Source: Mobula hypostoma
Lineage: Eukaryota
Reading direction: 5' to 3'
Length of the DNA stretch: 64,000 nt
Assembly (NCBI RefSeq): GCF_963921235.1
Contig: NC_086097.1
Coordinates: 177,570,001 to 177,634,000, forward strand
Of this stretch, positions 63,536-64,000 are shown piece after piece. The notes under the pieces were generated by a model. The model had not been told where the DNA came from and did not search any database. It was given only the letters and a program-made list of their open reading frames with translations. A program made the translations under genes and the position numbers. The first letter of the stretch is position 1. Each line of letters opens with the position of its first letter.

Positions 63536-64000
63536 TTTCATTTCAAAGGGAACTCCTCTGTTCTTCCCTGGCATCATAATCATGTGTTCTTCTAAGGGAG
63601 CATGACATCCTTCCTATATCTGGGTGGCCAAAACTGCACACAGTTCTCTAGTGCGTTCTCAACAACATCTTGTGCAGTTGTGACATGGCATCCCCATTCC
63701 TGTTCTCAATGTCCTGAGCAAGTGAACGCTGTGTGTGTCAATCACATTCCTCACTCTCTAACATGTTAAACAAAGTGAAATGAAAGTACAGTTCGGTAAT
63801 AACTTCTGGAAAATTCTTCCTGTCCAGACCATCACCATTTCAAGGATTCTAGATTATCAGAGTTTCACTTCTATTCCACAGTTTTTCACTTCTCTGTAAT
63901 ATCCCTAAATATCTGCCCCTCAATATTTCTCCCCCTCATCAGTAACTTTTGAACCTACCCAGTAATGTATACCCTACTTCCTACCTCTAACTCCCCTGGG

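Overview
This is vertebrate genomic DNA, most likely from a cartilaginous fish. That assignment is inferred from the V-domain SINEs and the dense CR1, Rex/Babar-like, RTE and Penelope-like repeats, and cannot be proved from this window. The only host gene I can support is the 3' end of an N-cadherin (cdh2) gene on the + strand: three coding exons (554-693, 3244-3408, 23211-23420) with GT-AG introns of 2.55 kb and 19.8 kb, a ~1.2 kb 3' UTR and a poly(A) signal near 24602. Nearly everything else is nested retroelement sequence, and most listed ORFs are LINE ORF2 fragments or artefacts. The most interesting signals are RNA structures inside the mobile elements. (1) An HDV-like ribozyme fold starts at the 5' junction of a near-full-length RTE LINE, lies sense in the last cdh2 intron, and carries an unusual 20-nt L3 insertion that can pair with J1/2. 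(2) Minimal hammerhead motifs sit in Penelope-like terminal repeats, including a 107-bp-arm palindrome and a 134-bp unit flanked by a target-site duplication (TSD). (3) A two-hairpin, H/ACA-like structure lies in an island with no recognisable repeat between two pyrimidine tracts. All structures were folded by eye and are untested. Boundaries of degenerate repeats are approximate, and family names come from motif recognition, not database searches.
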